Below, one piece after another: positions 23,447-28,649 of a stretch of 28,649 nt of DNA. The position numbers were made by a program, and so were the translations under genes. The stretch's first letter is position 1. Each line of letters starts with the position of its first letter. Source of the DNA: Bacteriovoracaceae bacterium (lineage in GTDB: Bacteria; Bdellovibrionota; Bacteriovoracia; Bacteriovoracales; Bacteriovoracaceae); assembly GCA_049599895.1 (NCBI GenBank), contig JBMYPC010000025.1:1-28649 (forward strand), read 5' to 3'. The notes under the pieces are model-generated. The model was not told the origin of the DNA. It searched no databases and worked only from the letters and a program-made list of their open reading frames with translations.

Positions 23447-24565
23447 ATGTTCAGTGACCTTCAAATCCCTAGTGAATTAATCCCCAGTGACCCAAGATTT
23501 GGCTGTGGCCCATCAGTTATTCCAATGGAGCATGTCGACGCATTACGAGAAAAGGGTGTTCATCTTCTAGGAACAAGTCATAGAAAACCGGCTGTGAAAA
23601 ACCTAGGCTCTGATATTCAATCGGGGCTTCTTAAATATTTTGGTCTGAGTGATGATTACCTTGTGGTTTTCGGAAACGGTGGTGCAACTCAAGCCTTCGA
23701 TGCCATTGGTTTAAACTTTGTGAAGAAAAAAAGTGCTCACTTTGTCACAGGTGAGTTCTCAAAGAAGTGGTGGATGTCTCATGACTTAATTCCTTGGATC
23801 GAAACAGAAAAGCTTGAAGTGGAAATGGGTCAAGGGATGACACCAAGAATGATTGAAGGCTGTGATCTCATCGCTACAACTCTTAATGAAACTTCAACGG
23901 GAGTTATTGTCGATGAGCTTCCTGATCTGGATGAAAATACACTTCTTGCAATTGATGCAACTAGTGGCGGCGGGCAAGTGGCGTGTGATGTAAAAAAGGT
24001 TGATATCTTTTTCTTTGGGCCACAAAAAGTCTTTGCTTCAGAGGGTGGGCTTTTCATTGCGATTCTTTCGCCTAAAGCTCTTAAGCGTTTAGATGAAATG
24101 GGCGAGTCCAATAAAAACTACATTCCACAGATGATGAACTTTCAAACACTTGTTGATAATTCAAAAAAAGGCCAAGTCTATAATACGCCATCAGTAAGCA
24201 CGATGTTTCTTTTAAACGAGCAAATAAAGAAAATGAATGAAAGAACCTATGAAGGTGTTATCGCTGAAGGGCAAAGACGGGCAGAGCTTCTTTATAGTTG
24301 GGCCGAAGAAAAGCCTTATTTAAAGCCTTTCGTCGAAGAGGAAAAATACCGTTCAACTGTCGTGGCGACAATTGATGTTGATGAGAAGATCCCTGCCGAT
24401 GAACTTGTTAAGGCTTTAGAGTCACAAAAAATTGTTTATGATATCAATAGTTATCGAAAGCTTGGGAGAAACCAATTTCGAATTGCAATGTTTTATAACA
24501 TTGCGTACAGTGATCTTGAAAAGCTCACAAAACTTCTAAGTCACGCTATTGAGTCAAAGCTCTAG
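23447..24565 (+). CDS. serC: Phosphoserine aminotransferase (class V PLP enzyme), actinobacterial-type
   Basis: RFGCGPS, GTSHR, GNGGAT, GEFS, NETSTGV, IDATS, FGPQK (PLP Lys), YNTP, YRKLGRNQFRIAMF; ATG 23447 after AAGGA. Confidence 0.88.
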   Translation: MFSDLQIPSELIPSDPRFGCGPSVIPMEHVDALREKGVHLLGTSHRKPAVKNLGSDIQSGLLKYFGLSDDYLVVFGNGGATQAFDAIGLNFVKKKSAHFVTGEFSKKWWMSHDLIPWIETEKLEVEMGQGMTPRMIEGCDLIATTLNETSTGVIVDELPDLDENTLLAIDATSGGGQVACDVKKVDIFFFGPQKVFASEGGLFIAILSPKALKRLDEMGESNKNYIPQMMNFQTLVDNSKKGQVYNTPSVSTMFLLNEQIKKMNERTYEGVIAEGQRRAELLYSWAEEKPYLKPFVEEEKYRSTVVATIDVDEKIPADELVKALESQKIVYDINSYRKLGRNQFRIAMFYNIAYSDLEKLTKLLSHAIESKL

Positions 24566-24571
24566 ACACTT

Positions 24572-28592
<4,021 letters not shown>

Positions 28593-28649
28593 AAATCTTT
28601 CTTTCTACTTTGAATGAATTTCATGGGCATCTATTTAATTTTACCTTTT

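Overview
AT-rich bacterial chromosomal segment with no recognisable mobile element, RNA gene or CRISPR array. Gene content and protein style suggest a predatory Bdellovibrionota (Bacteriovorax/Halobacteriovorax-like); this is inference, not a database result. Left to right: the start of a type II secretion operon on the minus strand (gspC, gspD, gspE, gspF running off the left edge); a divergent long-chain acyl-CoA dehydrogenase overlapping a 7-repeat FG-GAP lipoprotein; a CheY-like receiver; a LysR regulator behind an atypical IscA/HesB-fold gene; an M61 PDZ aminopeptidase; a C-terminal slyD remnant abutting an Sfp/EntD-type PPTase; a 52-aa signal-peptide-bearing ORF ahead of glutamine synthetase III; an orphan lipoprotein; a METTL25-like methyltransferase; a stand-alone murD; an outer-membrane beta-barrel plus matrixin pair; an actinobacterial-type serC; tgt; and a 958-aa FHA-like/acidic/RDD-like membrane protein. 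Best leads: (i) the beta-barrel plus matrixin pair, whose protease ends in a GGCG-spacer-TM-basic tail resembling a CTERM sorting signal, near a T2SS; (ii) the A-type Fe-S carrier homologue lacking its CGCG motif and paired with LysR; (iii) the small ORF upstream of GSIII; (iv) the PPTase/slyD junction; (v) a dyad array over an internal gspF promoter. Several starts are moved from the ORF track to downstream ATGs with better RBS or signal-peptide support.
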